NCBI RefSeq assembly: GCF_000009045.1
Contig: NC_000964.3
Span: forward strand, 1,350,001 to 1,382,000
Direction: 5' to 3'
Length of the DNA stretch: 32,000 bases
Origin: Bacillus subtilis subsp. subtilis str. 168
Lineage (GTDB): Bacteria; Bacillota; Bacilli; Bacillales; Bacillaceae
This document shows, piece by piece, positions 15,906-24,401 of this stretch (positions within the stretch are counted from its first letter, which is position 1; each line of letters starts with the position of its first letter). The translations under genes and the position numbers were made by a program. Under the pieces are notes generated by a model. The model worked only from the letters and a program-made list of their open reading frames with translations, was not told where the DNA came from and made no database searches.

Positions 15906-16847
15906 TTGAATTACAAGCCGAAAGCGTTGAACAAGGGTGATACAGTCGGAGTGATCGCGCCCGCAAGTCCGCCGGATCCAAAAAAGCTTGACACCGCGCT
16001 TTTATTTTTAGAAGAGCTCGGTCTTCAGGTGAAGTTGGGCAAGGCGCTGAAAAACCAGCACGGCTATTTAGCGGGACAGGATGATGAGCGGCTGGCGGAT
16101 CTCCATGAGATGTTCAGAGACGATGAGGTAAAAGCAGTGTTGTGCGCATGCGGGGGTTTTGGGACAGGACGTATCGCCGCGGGCATTGATTTCAGCTTGA
16201 TCCGCAAACACCCTAAAATCTTTTGGGGATACAGCGATATTACGTTTTTACATACTGCCATTCATCAAAACACAGGTCTTGTCACTTTCCATGGCCCGAT
16301 GCTCAGCACGGATATTGGCCTTGACGACGTTCACCCGCTGACAAAAGCGTCATATAAGCAGCTCTTCCAGGAGACGGAATTCACCTATACAGAAGAGCTT
16401 TCTCCGCTGACCGAGCTTGTTCCTGGAAAAGCGGAAGGCGAGCTTGTCGGGGGAAATCTGTCTTTGCTGACGTCTACACTGGGCACGCCATTTGAAATTG
16501 ATACGAGAGGAAAGCTTCTGTTTATTGAAGATATTGACGAGGAGCCTTATCAAATCGACCGGATGCTGAATCAGCTGAAAATGGGGGGGAAGCTGACGGA
16601 CGCGGCGGGAATTCTAGTTTGTGATTTTCACAATTGTGTCCCGGTGAAGCGAGAGAAGTCTCTCTCGCTTGAGCAGGTGCTGGAAGACTATATTATTTCT
16701 GCGGGCAGGCCTGCTCTGAGAGGATTTAAAATCGGCCACTGCTCGCCAAGTATTGCCGTTCCGATCGGTGCGAAAGCTGCTATGAATACAGCAGAAAAAA
16801 CAGCCGTAATAGAGGCGGGCGTTTCAGAAGGGGCGCTGAAGACATGA
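15906..16847 (+). CDS. ykfA: LD-carboxypeptidase, peptidase family S66 (murein tetrapeptide carboxypeptidase)
   Basis: ORF 15888..16847. The TTG at 15906 is preferred because AAAGGAG (15891-15897) lies 8 nt upstream; the ATG at 15888 has no SD. S66 catalytic contexts are GYSDIT (Ser), IEDIDEEPYQIDRML (Glu) and IGHC (His). Confidence 0.82.
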   Translation: MNYKPKALNKGDTVGVIAPASPPDPKKLDTALLFLEELGLQVKLGKALKNQHGYLAGQDDERLADLHEMFRDDEVKAVLCACGGFGTGRIAAGIDFSLIRKHPKIFWGYSDITFLHTAIHQNTGLVTFHGPMLSTDIGLDDVHPLTKASYKQLFQETEFTYTEELSPLTELVPGKAEGELVGGNLSLLTSTLGTPFEIDTRGKLLFIEDIDEEPYQIDRMLNQLKMGGKLTDAAGILVCDFHNCVPVKREKSLSLEQVLEDYIISAGRPALRGFKIGHCSPSIAVPIGAKAAMNTAEKTAVIEAGVSEGALKT

Positions 16848-17944
16848 AAATCATTCGAATCGAAACAAGCCGAATCGCTGTCCCGCTGACAAAGCCGTTT
16901 AAAACCGCACTTCGCACTGTGTATACGGCTGAATCAGTCATAGTAAGGATTACTTATGACAGCGGTGCAGTCGGATGGGGAGAAGCACCCCCGACGTTAG
17001 TGATTACAGGAGACAGCATGGATAGCATTGAAAGTGCCATCCACCATGTGTTGAAGCCGGCATTGCTTGGAAAAAGCCTGGCGGGCTATGAGGCCATTCT
17101 GCACGACATCCAGCATCTTCTTACAGGAAATATGAGCGCGAAGGCTGCTGTAGAAATGGCTCTATACGACGGCTGGGCGCAGATGTGCGGGCTGCCGCTT
17201 TATCAAATGCTTGGCGGATATCGAGATACGCTGGAAACAGATTATACTGTCAGTGTCAACTCACCTGAAGAGATGGCAGCTGATGCCGAGAATTATCTCA
17301 AACAAGGCTTTCAAACGCTGAAAATAAAGGTCGGAAAAGATGATATTGCAACAGATATCGCCCGTATCCAGGAAATCAGAAAACGTGTCGGATCAGCTGT
17401 GAAACTGCGTTTAGACGCTAATCAGGGGTGGAGGCCGAAGGAAGCGGTAACTGCCATTCGGAAAATGGAGGATGCGGGCCTAGGCATTGAGCTTGTCGAG
17501 CAGCCTGTCCATAAAGATGATCTCGCTGGGCTTAAAAAGGTGACAGATGCAACAGATACGCCGATTATGGCTGATGAAAGTGTTTTTACACCGCGCCAGG
17601 CGTTCGAAGTTCTGCAAACCCGGAGCGCAGACTTGATCAATATTAAATTGATGAAAGCGGGCGGCATCAGCGGAGCAGAGAAAATTAATGCCATGGCGGA
17701 GGCCTGCGGGGTGGAGTGTATGGTCGGCAGCATGATCGAAACGAAGCTGGGCATTACGGCCGCGGCGCATTTTGCGGCAAGCAAGAGAAACATCACACGC
17801 TTTGATTTTGACGCGCCGCTGATGCTGAAAACAGATGTATTCAATGGCGGCATAACATATAGCGGCAGCACGATTTCGATGCCTGGCAAACCGGGCCTCG
17901 GAATCATCGGGGCTGCGCTTTTGAAAGGGGAAAAAGAGCAATGA
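16844..17944 (+). CDS. ykfB: L-Ala-D/L-Glu dipeptide epimerase, enolase (MLE) superfamily
   Basis: 366 aa. The start overlaps the ykfA stop (ATGA). Enolase-superfamily metal/acid-base contexts are KIKVG, LRLDANQGW, VEQP and MADES. Confidence 0.92.
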   Translation: MKIIRIETSRIAVPLTKPFKTALRTVYTAESVIVRITYDSGAVGWGEAPPTLVITGDSMDSIESAIHHVLKPALLGKSLAGYEAILHDIQHLLTGNMSAKAAVEMALYDGWAQMCGLPLYQMLGGYRDTLETDYTVSVNSPEEMAADAENYLKQGFQTLKIKVGKDDIATDIARIQEIRKRVGSAVKLRLDANQGWRPKEAVTAIRKMEDAGLGIELVEQPVHKDDLAGLKKVTDATDTPIMADESVFTPRQAFEVLQTRSADLINIKLMKAGGISGAEKINAMAEACGVECMVGSMIETKLGITAAAHFAASKRNITRFDFDAPLMLKTDVFNGGITYSGSTISMPGKPGLGIIGAALLKGEKEQ

Positions 17945-18831
17945 TGCACACTGTCATATCAGCAGTGGCCAACATCTGGACAGCGCCTGATTCACCTCGT
18001 CCGTCTGATCAATTCATGCTTCAACCGACTGTAATGATCAGAGACTGGCTGGAGCGCATGACGTATGATGAACGGCTTGGATTATGTACAGACAATGTAA
18101 TCCAAACTCAGGTTCTCTTTGGCGAAAAGGTACTTGTGACGGCGGAACAGGGGGAATGGGTTTCTGTGATCGTGCCTAGCCAGCCATCCCGAAAGGATCC
18201 GCGCGGATACCCGGGCTGGATGAAAAAGTACCAGCTGGAAAAAACAAAGCCCATCCATACACAACACGATGTGATGATCAGCAAACCTGCTGCCTTTTTG
18301 TACAGAAGCAATGGGGAAAAGGAGATCGAATTAAGCTTTTTGACAGTTCTGCCCCTTATTGCAAAAGAAAACGGATATTTTAAGGTTTCGACCGTTTTTG
18401 GGGAAAGGTTTGTGAGGCAAAGTGATGCAGTGCCTGTCAGCCAACAGAAAGGGACTGCTGAAGACATCATTCAAACGGGTGCGTTTTTTCTTGGCCTTCC
18501 CTACCTGTGGGGAGGGATCAGCGGGTTTGGGTTTGATTGCTCCGGATTTATGTACAGTATATTTAAGGCGAATGGATACAGCATCCCCCGTGATGCGGGA
18601 GATCAGGCTAAGGCAGGGAAGGGTGTCCCGCTTGATGATATGAAAGCCGGTGATCTGCTGTTTTTTGCTTATGAGGAAGGAAAAGGAGCGATTCATCACG
18701 TCGGTCTGTATGTAGGCGGCGGGAAAATGCTTCATTCTCCAAAGACAGGGAAGTCAATCGAAATCCTCACATTAACAGAGACAATCTATGAAAAAGAATT
18801 ATGTGCGGTGCGCCGCTGTTTTTCAGAATAA
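17941..18831 (+). CDS. ykfC: gamma-D-glutamyl-L-diamino acid endopeptidase, NlpC/P60 with N-terminal SH3b-like domains
   Basis: 296 aa. The start overlaps the ykfB stop (ATGA). NlpC/P60 catalytic Cys (FDCSGF) and His (IHHVGLYVG). Confidence 0.92.
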   Translation: MMHTVISAVANIWTAPDSPRPSDQFMLQPTVMIRDWLERMTYDERLGLCTDNVIQTQVLFGEKVLVTAEQGEWVSVIVPSQPSRKDPRGYPGWMKKYQLEKTKPIHTQHDVMISKPAAFLYRSNGEKEIELSFLTVLPLIAKENGYFKVSTVFGERFVRQSDAVPVSQQKGTAEDIIQTGAFFLGLPYLWGGISGFGFDCSGFMYSIFKANGYSIPRDAGDQAKAGKGVPLDDMKAGDLLFFAYEEGKGAIHHVGLYVGGGKMLHSPKTGKSIEILTLTETIYEKELCAVRRCFSE

Positions 18832-18843
18832 GGAGGGAGACAA

Positions 18844-19833
18844 ATGAGGCGACTGCCTTTGTTAGAGGTCAGCCAGCTGAAAATGCATTTTGACGCAGGG
18901 AAAAAGCGGACAGTCAAAGCTGTCGACGGGGTCACCTTTCAGATTCGTGAAGGAGAAACGTTCGGGCTAGTCGGGGAATCAGGGTGCGGGAAATCAACCT
19001 TGGGGAGAGTGCTGATGCGCCTTTATCAGCCGACAGAAGGAAGCGTGACATACCGCGGCACAAATCTTCATGCACTAAGTGAAAAAGAGCAGTTTGCCTT
19101 CAACCGCAAACTGCAGATGATTTTTCAGGACCCTTATGCTTCACTTAACCCGCGCATGACCGTTCGAGAAATTATTTTGGAGCCGATGGAGATTCATAAT
19201 CTCTACAATACCCATAAAGCACGGCTTCTCGTCGTGGACGAGCTGCTTGAGGCAGTTGGGCTTCACCCCGATTTTGGCAGCCGTTATCCGCATGAATTCA
19301 GCGGCGGGCAAAGGCAGAGAATCGGGATTGCGAGAGCACTGTCGCTGAATCCTGAATTTATCGTGGCGGACGAACCGATTTCTGCACTTGATGTCTCTGT
19401 TCAAGCGCAGGTGGTCAACCTGCTGAAGCGGCTTCAAAAAGAGAAAGGGCTTACGTTTTTATTCATTGCCCATGATCTTTCGATGGTGAAGCATATCAGT
19501 GACAGGATCGGTGTTATGTACTTAGGACACATGATGGAAATTACAGAGAGCGGCACCTTGTATCGTGAACCGCTCCATCCCTATACAAAGGCGCTTTTGT
19601 CCTCGATTCCGATTCCAGATCCTGAATTGGAGGACAAGCGTGAGCGTATTCTCTTGAAAGGGGAGCTGCCGAGCCCGGTCAATCCGCCAAGCGGCTGCGT
19701 GTTTCGTACCCGCTGTCCGGAGGCGATGCCTGAATGTGGAGAATCTCGTCCCCAGCTTCAAGAAATCGAACCCGGCCGTTTTGTCGCTTGCCATTTGTAT
19801 CGAAATGCTGAAACGAAGGAAAAAGTAAGATAA
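18844..19833 (+). CDS. ykfD: Oligo/dipeptide ABC transporter ATP-binding protein (OppF/DppF type)
   Basis: 329 aa with SD AAGGAGGGAG. Walker [10 protein letters not shown], signature FSGGQRQR, Walker [13 protein letters not shown]. Confidence 0.9.
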   Translation: MRRLPLLEVSQLKMHFDAGKKRTVKAVDGVTFQIREGETFGLVGESGCGKSTLGRVLMRLYQPTEGSVTYRGTNLHALSEKEQFAFNRKLQMIFQDPYASLNPRMTVREIILEPMEIHNLYNTHKARLLVVDELLEAVGLHPDFGSRYPHEFSGGQRQRIGIARALSLNPEFIVADEPISALDVSVQAQVVNLLKRLQKEKGLTFLFIAHDLSMVKHISDRIGVMYLGHMMEITESGTLYREPLHPYTKALLSSIPIPDPELEDKRERILLKGELPSPVNPPSGCVFRTRCPEAMPECGESRPQLQEIEPGRFVACHLYRNAETKEKVR

Positions 19834-19840
19834 ATAAAAA

Positions 19841-19868
19841 GAGTGGCTCCTTTTTACTAGAGCCACTC
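19841..19868. terminator. Shared hairpin terminator between convergent ykfD and pgl
   Basis: GAGTGGCTC (19841-19849) pairs with GAGCCACTC (19860-19868). There is a good U-tract for the minus strand (rc of AAATAAAAA) and a weaker one for the plus strand. Confidence 0.8.
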
Positions 19869-19875
19869 CATTTGT

Positions 19876-20925
19876 TTATACTTGATGTAAAAACTTTACA
19901 CAAACCGGGTAAGGGACAGAAACCGTTGATGGGAGGAGTGTCAATCGGCCGGTTTCTTTGTCTCTTTCAAACAAGACAAGGTTGCCTGTTTCTTCATTTG
20001 AAGCAACGAGGAACCCTTCCGTTGGGTCAAATACAAAGTCACGAGGCCAGTTTCCTTCTGTCGACACTCTTTCTACGAAAGCCAGCTCTCCTGAATATTG
20101 ATTCACTTCAAATACGGCGATACTGTCATGGCCGCGGTTTGCGACATAAACAAAACGTCCGTCCTGCGTGACATGTATTGCGCTTCCCTGGCTGTTATCT
20201 GTAAAATCATCAGGGATGGCAGAAACGACTTGGATTTCTCTAAATTCGCCGGCTGTCGGGTTGTATTCAAGCGCAATCACTTCATTGCTTAATTCTGTCA
20301 TGACATAAGCGTATTTTTCTTTCGGATGAAAAGCGATATGGCGAGGTCCTGCACCGGGAGCGAAGGAATGGCTTCCGGATTCAGTCAACACACCGTCTTT
20401 AAGCTTATAGGTGTAGAGCTTATCTATACCTAAATCAACCGCTACCACATAATTGTGTTCAGGTGTGAACCCCGCGTAGTGTGTATGCGGTTTTTCTTGT
20501 CTTTCGTGCGGCCCTTTTCCTGTGTGAGCGGCCTCTGAAACAGGTGATTGCAAGCTGCCGTCTTCCTGAACCGGAAAAACGTGTACCTTCCCGCTGTGAT
20601 AATTGGCAGTCAGTACGAATTGATTTTGATCATCAACGCTTACGTGGCATGGCGAAGGGCCATCAATTAACTGATGATTCAGAAATGTCAATTCGCCGCT
20701 GTTTTTATCGATTTGATAGGCAGCAACTCCGCCTTGGCCGTCTGCTTTTTCGATGGAATAAAGGATGGTGTTGTTTTTATTCGTCGCCACATATGTCGGG
20801 TTGCCCAGCTTAGCGGCCAGCTTTGGCTCGCTGAGTGCTTTTTTCTCAGTATCAAGCTCAAATGAATAAATTCCTTCGCTTCCGCCTTTTGTATATGTTC
20901 CCACATATCCTATGTATTTTGTCAT
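19876..20925 (-). CDS. pgl: 6-phosphogluconolactonase, 7-bladed beta-propeller lactonase family
   Basis: 349-aa ORF with SD AAGGGGG. The repetitive beta-propeller-like sequence matches my memory of YkgB/Pgl. Confidence 0.88.
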   Translation of the reverse strand: MTKYIGYVGTYTKGGSEGIYSFELDTEKKALSEPKLAAKLGNPTYVATNKNNTILYSIEKADGQGGVAAYQIDKNSGELTFLNHQLIDGPSPCHVSVDDQNQFVLTANYHSGKVHVFPVQEDGSLQSPVSEAAHTGKGPHERQEKPHTHYAGFTPEHNYVVAVDLGIDKLYTYKLKDGVLTESGSHSFAPGAGPRHIAFHPKEKYAYVMTELSNEVIALEYNPTAGEFREIQVVSAIPDDFTDNSQGSAIHVTQDGRFVYVANRGHDSIAVFEVNQYSGELAFVERVSTEGNWPRDFVFDPTEGFLVASNEETGNLVLFERDKETGRLTLLPSTVSVPYPVCVKFLHQV

Positions 20926-21014
20926 GCGATTTCCCCCTTAAAAATGATGTCACCTCTATATTAACGTATCTTGATAAAATAAGCTGTTCAAAACATGAAA
21001 AAGGGGAAGATTCT

Positions 21015-21875
21015 TCATTCGCCTCGAATCAGCGGCATTGTGCAGCACCTGAAGGAGCCGCCTGATTTAATAATTTCTGACAGGTCAATTTCGATAATGT
21101 GATAGCCTCTTTTCGATAGCTGTTGATTGACATGGCGGTTGCCAGGGAGACTGATGATCGTTTTTTTTCCGATTGAAAGGACGTTGGTGCCAAGCGTAAA
21201 TTGTTCGTCCTCGGGCACCTCAATAAGATCATAACGTTTTGCCAGCATATCGGCTGCATCTGGCTCAATGGCCTGTGAATAAATTAACGCTTCGCTTTCA
21301 GATATAATGTTAAATACGCAGTCCAAATGCAAAAATTTTTCATGAAGCTTCACTGGAACGATCGTATATTCAGGAAGTGCCTCTTCTAGCTGGCCGATAG
21401 CTGAAATGTCGGTGCGCTGGCTGATTCCGACATAGACAATGTCATCATCGATAATGACGTCTCCGCCTTCAATACTCGTATCAAGCATGCGGGTGTAAGA
21501 GATACCTTGGCTGTGAAAAAAATCTTTTATAACGGCTTCTTCTCCTTGGCGAATCGGTTCAGTCATGCTTGACAGAAAGGCTTTTTCTCCGATGACAAAT
21601 CCTATGTCCCTAGTAAAAACCTGTTCTGGGAGTCCGTCGCGAACGGGCAAAAGGACGACCTCAACGTTGTGTGACCTAAGTGCCTCCACTAAGCGGCTGT
21701 GCTGGTCGTTAGCGGTTTTTACATGAATATTGTCATCTTCAAAATGTTTTTGTGTTTCGTTTATAACATCTTTTATGGTCATGTGCTCAGGTTTGCATAA
21801 GATCACTTTTTGAAGTGTGCCGTATTCCGTTCGGCATACCGTTTTGTGCTGAGATTTCGGGATGGATACGTCCAT
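21015..21875 (-). CDS. ykgA: Guanidino-group-modifying enzyme fold protein (amidinotransferase / dimethylarginine dimethylaminohydrolase-like), substrate unknown
   Basis: 286-aa ORF with SD AGGAGG. The C-terminal SGGSFRCCTMPL motif is typical of the Cys nucleophile region of DDAH/arginine deiminase/amidinotransferase enzymes. Confidence 0.88.
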   Translation of the reverse strand: MDVSIPKSQHKTVCRTEYGTLQKVILCKPEHMTIKDVINETQKHFEDDNIHVKTANDQHSRLVEALRSHNVEVVLLPVRDGLPEQVFTRDIGFVIGEKAFLSSMTEPIRQGEEAVIKDFFHSQGISYTRMLDTSIEGGDVIIDDDIVYVGISQRTDISAIGQLEEALPEYTIVPVKLHEKFLHLDCVFNIISESEALIYSQAIEPDAADMLAKRYDLIEVPEDEQFTLGTNVLSIGKKTIISLPGNRHVNQQLSKRGYHIIEIDLSEIIKSGGSFRCCTMPLIRGE

Positions 21876-22034
21876 TTGTTTTTCCTCCTAAAGTGTGAAG
21901 AATACATTTATTATTCCCTCATCATGAAAATCATTAAACCATTTTAAATTTTAGACAAATGGAAGAGAATATTGTTTAATAGGAGAATATAAGTGCATTT
22001 AGCTAAAAGATCAGACATCAAAGGGGAGAAAGGT

Positions 22035-22553
22035 ATGGAAACACCGGAAACAAGATTTTGTAAAGAGTCAAAGGTTGTGAAAACCAGCAGGGTGTTCCCG
22101 CTTGACACGAACAACCATAATACGCTGTTTGGCGGAAAATTAATGAGCTACATAGACGACATTGCCTCTATTTCAGCGGCGCGCCATTGCAGACGTGAAA
22201 CGGTAACAGCTTCAATGGATTCTGTAGATTTTTTAAAGCCGATCGGGCAAAAGGATTCTGTCTGCCTAGAGTCATATGTGACATGGGTCGGCACATCTTC
22301 CATGGAAGTATTTGTGAAAGTTATTAAGGAGCATTTGATGACTGGCGAACGGGAACTCGCTGCCACATCCTTTTTGACATTTGTCGCATTAGATTCAAAT
22401 GGCAAGCCGGTGCCTGTACCGAGGGTTGTACCGGAAACAGAAGAAGAAATCATGCTGCATAATACAGCTGTACAGCGTGCTAATGAACGTAAGAACCGCA
22501 AGAGACACAGCCAGGCGCTTGCAAATGCGCTCGGAACTGATAAGCCTTGGTGA
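22035..22553 (+). CDS. ykhA: Hotdog-fold acyl-CoA thioesterase
   Basis: ORF 21993..22553 trimmed to the ATG at 22035 (METPETRF..., 172 aa). SD AAAGGGGAGAAAGG lies directly upstream. Acot-type motif NNHNTLFGGKLMSYIDD. Confidence 0.85.
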   Translation: METPETRFCKESKVVKTSRVFPLDTNNHNTLFGGKLMSYIDDIASISAARHCRRETVTASMDSVDFLKPIGQKDSVCLESYVTWVGTSSMEVFVKVIKEHLMTGERELAATSFLTFVALDSNGKPVPVPRVVPETEEEIMLHNTAVQRANERKNRKRHSQALANALGTDKPW

Positions 22554-22558
22554 ACGTT

Positions 22559-22591
22559 AAACCCAAAACATAAGTTGTTTTGGGTTTTTTT
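22559..22591 (+). terminator. Rho-independent terminator of ykhA
   Basis: CCCAAAACA (22562-22570) pairs with TGTTTTGGG (22576-22584), followed by T7. Confidence 0.85.
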
Positions 22592-22747
22592 GTACTTTTC
22601 AATGGTGATTATTACAATGGTTAGTCCGTTTTTGCTAGGGGATTCTATAAAAAAGCAACAAATGTCATGTTAAATTGATAATTTTGTGACAACTTTATTA
22701 AAGATTCATTTTAGATATATCTTTTATTCGTAAGATCATGTATTTTA

Positions 22748-22770
22748 AAGATATATTTTAAATACATCTT
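22748..22770 (+). promoter_or_regulatory. NsrR-type operator palindrome AAGATAT-ATTTTAAAT-ACATCTT in the hmp promoter
   Basis: 23-bp near-perfect dyad read directly, ending 21 nt before the hmp ATG. hmp is a known NsrR/ResDE target with an operator of this type (recalled). Confidence 0.65.
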
Positions 22771-22791
22771 TTCGAAAGGATTGTTTATAAA

Positions 22792-23991
22792 ATGTTAGAT
22801 AACAAAACAATCGAAATTATTAAAAGCACTGTACCCGTATTGCAACAGCATGGAGAAACAATCACTGGCCGTTTTTACGATCGGATGTTTCAAGACCATC
22901 CAGAGCTTTTGAACATTTTTAATCAAACAAACCAAAAGAAAAAAACACAGCGAACTGCACTGGCAAATGCCGTTATTGCAGCTGCGGCAAACATTGACCA
23001 ATTAGGAAACATCATTCCGGTTGTCAAACAAATCGGCCACAAGCACCGCAGTATCGGAATTAAGCCTGAGCACTACCCAATCGTCGGTAAATATTTGCTG
23101 ATTGCGATTAAAGATGTATTGGGAGACGCTGCAACTCCTGACATTATGCAGGCATGGGAAAAAGCGTACGGAGTCATTGCTGACGCGTTCATCGGAATTG
23201 AAAAAGACATGTATGAACAGGCTGAAGAGCAAGCCGGCGGCTGGAAGGAGTATAAGCCATTCGTTATCGCAAAAAAAGAGCGGGAAAGCAAAGAAATTAC
23301 ATCCTTCTATTTGAAACCGGAAGACAGCAAGCCGTTACCTGAATTCCAAGCAGGGCAATATATCAGCATCAAAGTGCGGATTCCTGATTCTGAATATACG
23401 CATATCCGCCAGTACAGCCTGTCTGATATGCCGGGAAAAGACTATTATCGAATTTCAGTGAAGAAAGATGGTGTCGTGTCTTCCTACTTACACGATGGGC
23501 TGCAGGAGGGAGATTCAATAGAGATCAGCGCACCGGCAGGGGACTTTGTTTTAGATCATGCATCACAAAAAGATCTCGTTTTGATCAGTGCCGGAGTTGG
23601 CATTACACCAATGATCAGCATGCTGAAAACATCTGTTTCCAAACAGCCTGAACGGCAAATTCTGTTCATTCATGCGGCGAAAAACAGTGAATATCATGCA
23701 TTGCGCCATGAAGTAGAAGAAGCAGCAAAACATTCTGCTGTTAAAACAGCATTTGTGTATCGCGAGCCGACAGAGGAAGACCGTGCAGGTGATCTGCATT
23801 TTCATGAAGGACAGATTGATCAGCAATTCCTCAAAGAACTGATTGCCAACACAGATGCGGATTACTATATTTGCGGTTCACCGTCGTTTATTACGGCAAT
23901 GCATAAGCTTGTATCAGAGCTCGGATCAGCGCCGGAGTCTATCCATTACGAGCTATTCGGCCCGCAATTAAGTTTGGCGCAGTCCGTTTGA
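22792..23991 (+). CDS. hmp: Flavohemoglobin (NO dioxygenase)
   Basis: 399 aa. N-terminal globin domain. FAD/NAD(P)-binding reductase module with RQYSLS and GVGITP motifs. Confidence 0.95.
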   Translation: MLDNKTIEIIKSTVPVLQQHGETITGRFYDRMFQDHPELLNIFNQTNQKKKTQRTALANAVIAAAANIDQLGNIIPVVKQIGHKHRSIGIKPEHYPIVGKYLLIAIKDVLGDAATPDIMQAWEKAYGVIADAFIGIEKDMYEQAEEQAGGWKEYKPFVIAKKERESKEITSFYLKPEDSKPLPEFQAGQYISIKVRIPDSEYTHIRQYSLSDMPGKDYYRISVKKDGVVSSYLHDGLQEGDSIEISAPAGDFVLDHASQKDLVLISAGVGITPMISMLKTSVSKQPERQILFIHAAKNSEYHALRHEVEEAAKHSAVKTAFVYREPTEEDRAGDLHFHEGQIDQQFLKELIANTDADYYICGSPSFITAMHKLVSELGSAPESIHYELFGPQLSLAQSV

Positions 23992-24002
23992 ACACATACA
24001 TG

Positions 24003-24034
24003 AAACTCTTCTCCTTTCAGAGAAGAGTTTTTTA
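24003..24034 (+). terminator. Rho-independent terminator of hmp
   Basis: AAACTCTTCTC (24003-24013) pairs perfectly with GAGAAGAGTTT (24020-24030), followed by a T-tract. Confidence 0.85.
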
Positions 24035-24067
24035 TTGAGATATAAGAAGGCAGACAAGCGCCGGTTT

Positions 24068-24292
24068 CTACATCCGGACAATCACAGACCCGCTGCCATT
24101 TGTGCATACACGGTTTTGCTGTTCTTGCATTGTTCTCAGCAATTCATTGTTTACCTCAATCGCTCTAATTAGTTGCTTCATTCTTAGCTCCAAACCGGCC
24201 AGCCTGTCGATTGTTTGCTGCTGGTAGCCCTCGGGTTGGGGAGCCAATGGCAGATCAAAGGGCCAAAGGGTATTCGACTTCTGATTTTTCAT
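24068..24292 (-). CDS. ykzH: Small (74-aa) hypothetical protein with a predicted helical/coiled C-terminal half
   Basis: ORF 24068..24322. The ATG at 24292 (MKNQKSNTLWPF...) is preferred, with GGAGG (rc of 24306-24310) 13 nt upstream. The GTG at 24322 has no spaced SD. The start is uncertain. Confidence 0.6.
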   Translation of the reverse strand: MKNQKSNTLWPFDLPLAPQPEGYQQQTIDRLAGLELRMKQLIRAIEVNNELLRTMQEQQNRVCTNGSGSVIVRM

Positions 24293-24372
24293 ATTGCGTA
24301 TTGCGCCTCCAATCGGTGTCACTTTCTATTATGTTATGTTCAGGCGATATGCACGTTCGCCTAGACACTGAT

Positions 24373-24401
24373 GCATAGAGGGCCTGCCACGGGGCACAAT
24401 A
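24373..24401 (+). promoter_or_regulatory. Forespore-type (SigF/SigG-like) promoter motif upstream of ykjA
   Basis: GCATA (24373-24377), a 14-nt spacer, then GGGCACAATA (24392-24401). This fits the recalled consensus GYATA-N14/15-GGnnAnAHTR and the SigG -10 CAHWHTA. It lies about 35 nt upstream of the ykjA GTG. Confidence 0.4.

Noticed and set aside
17422-17949. Long antisense ORFs (175 aa and 153 aa) opposite ykfB
   Set aside because: They are fully embedded antisense to a strongly supported enolase-superfamily gene. They have no SD or promoter, and their products are low-complexity or Arg-rich. This is typical stop-codon depletion opposite a GC-richer coding frame.
7936-22553. N-terminal extensions in the ORF track (htrA +3 aa, dppC +3, dppE +8, ykfA +6, ykhA +14; likewise ykaA +12, ykkB +37, ykzH +10, ohrR +4 elsewhere in the window)
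   Set aside because: The extended starts lack properly spaced SD sequences, whereas internal ATG, GTG or TTG codons have them. The extensions are treated as artefacts of longest-ORF calling, not as alternative isoforms.
22600-22621. Heptamer CAATGGT repeated 15 bp apart downstream of the ykhA terminator
   Set aside because: It is too short to distinguish from chance, is not at helical phasing, and matches no regulator motif I know.
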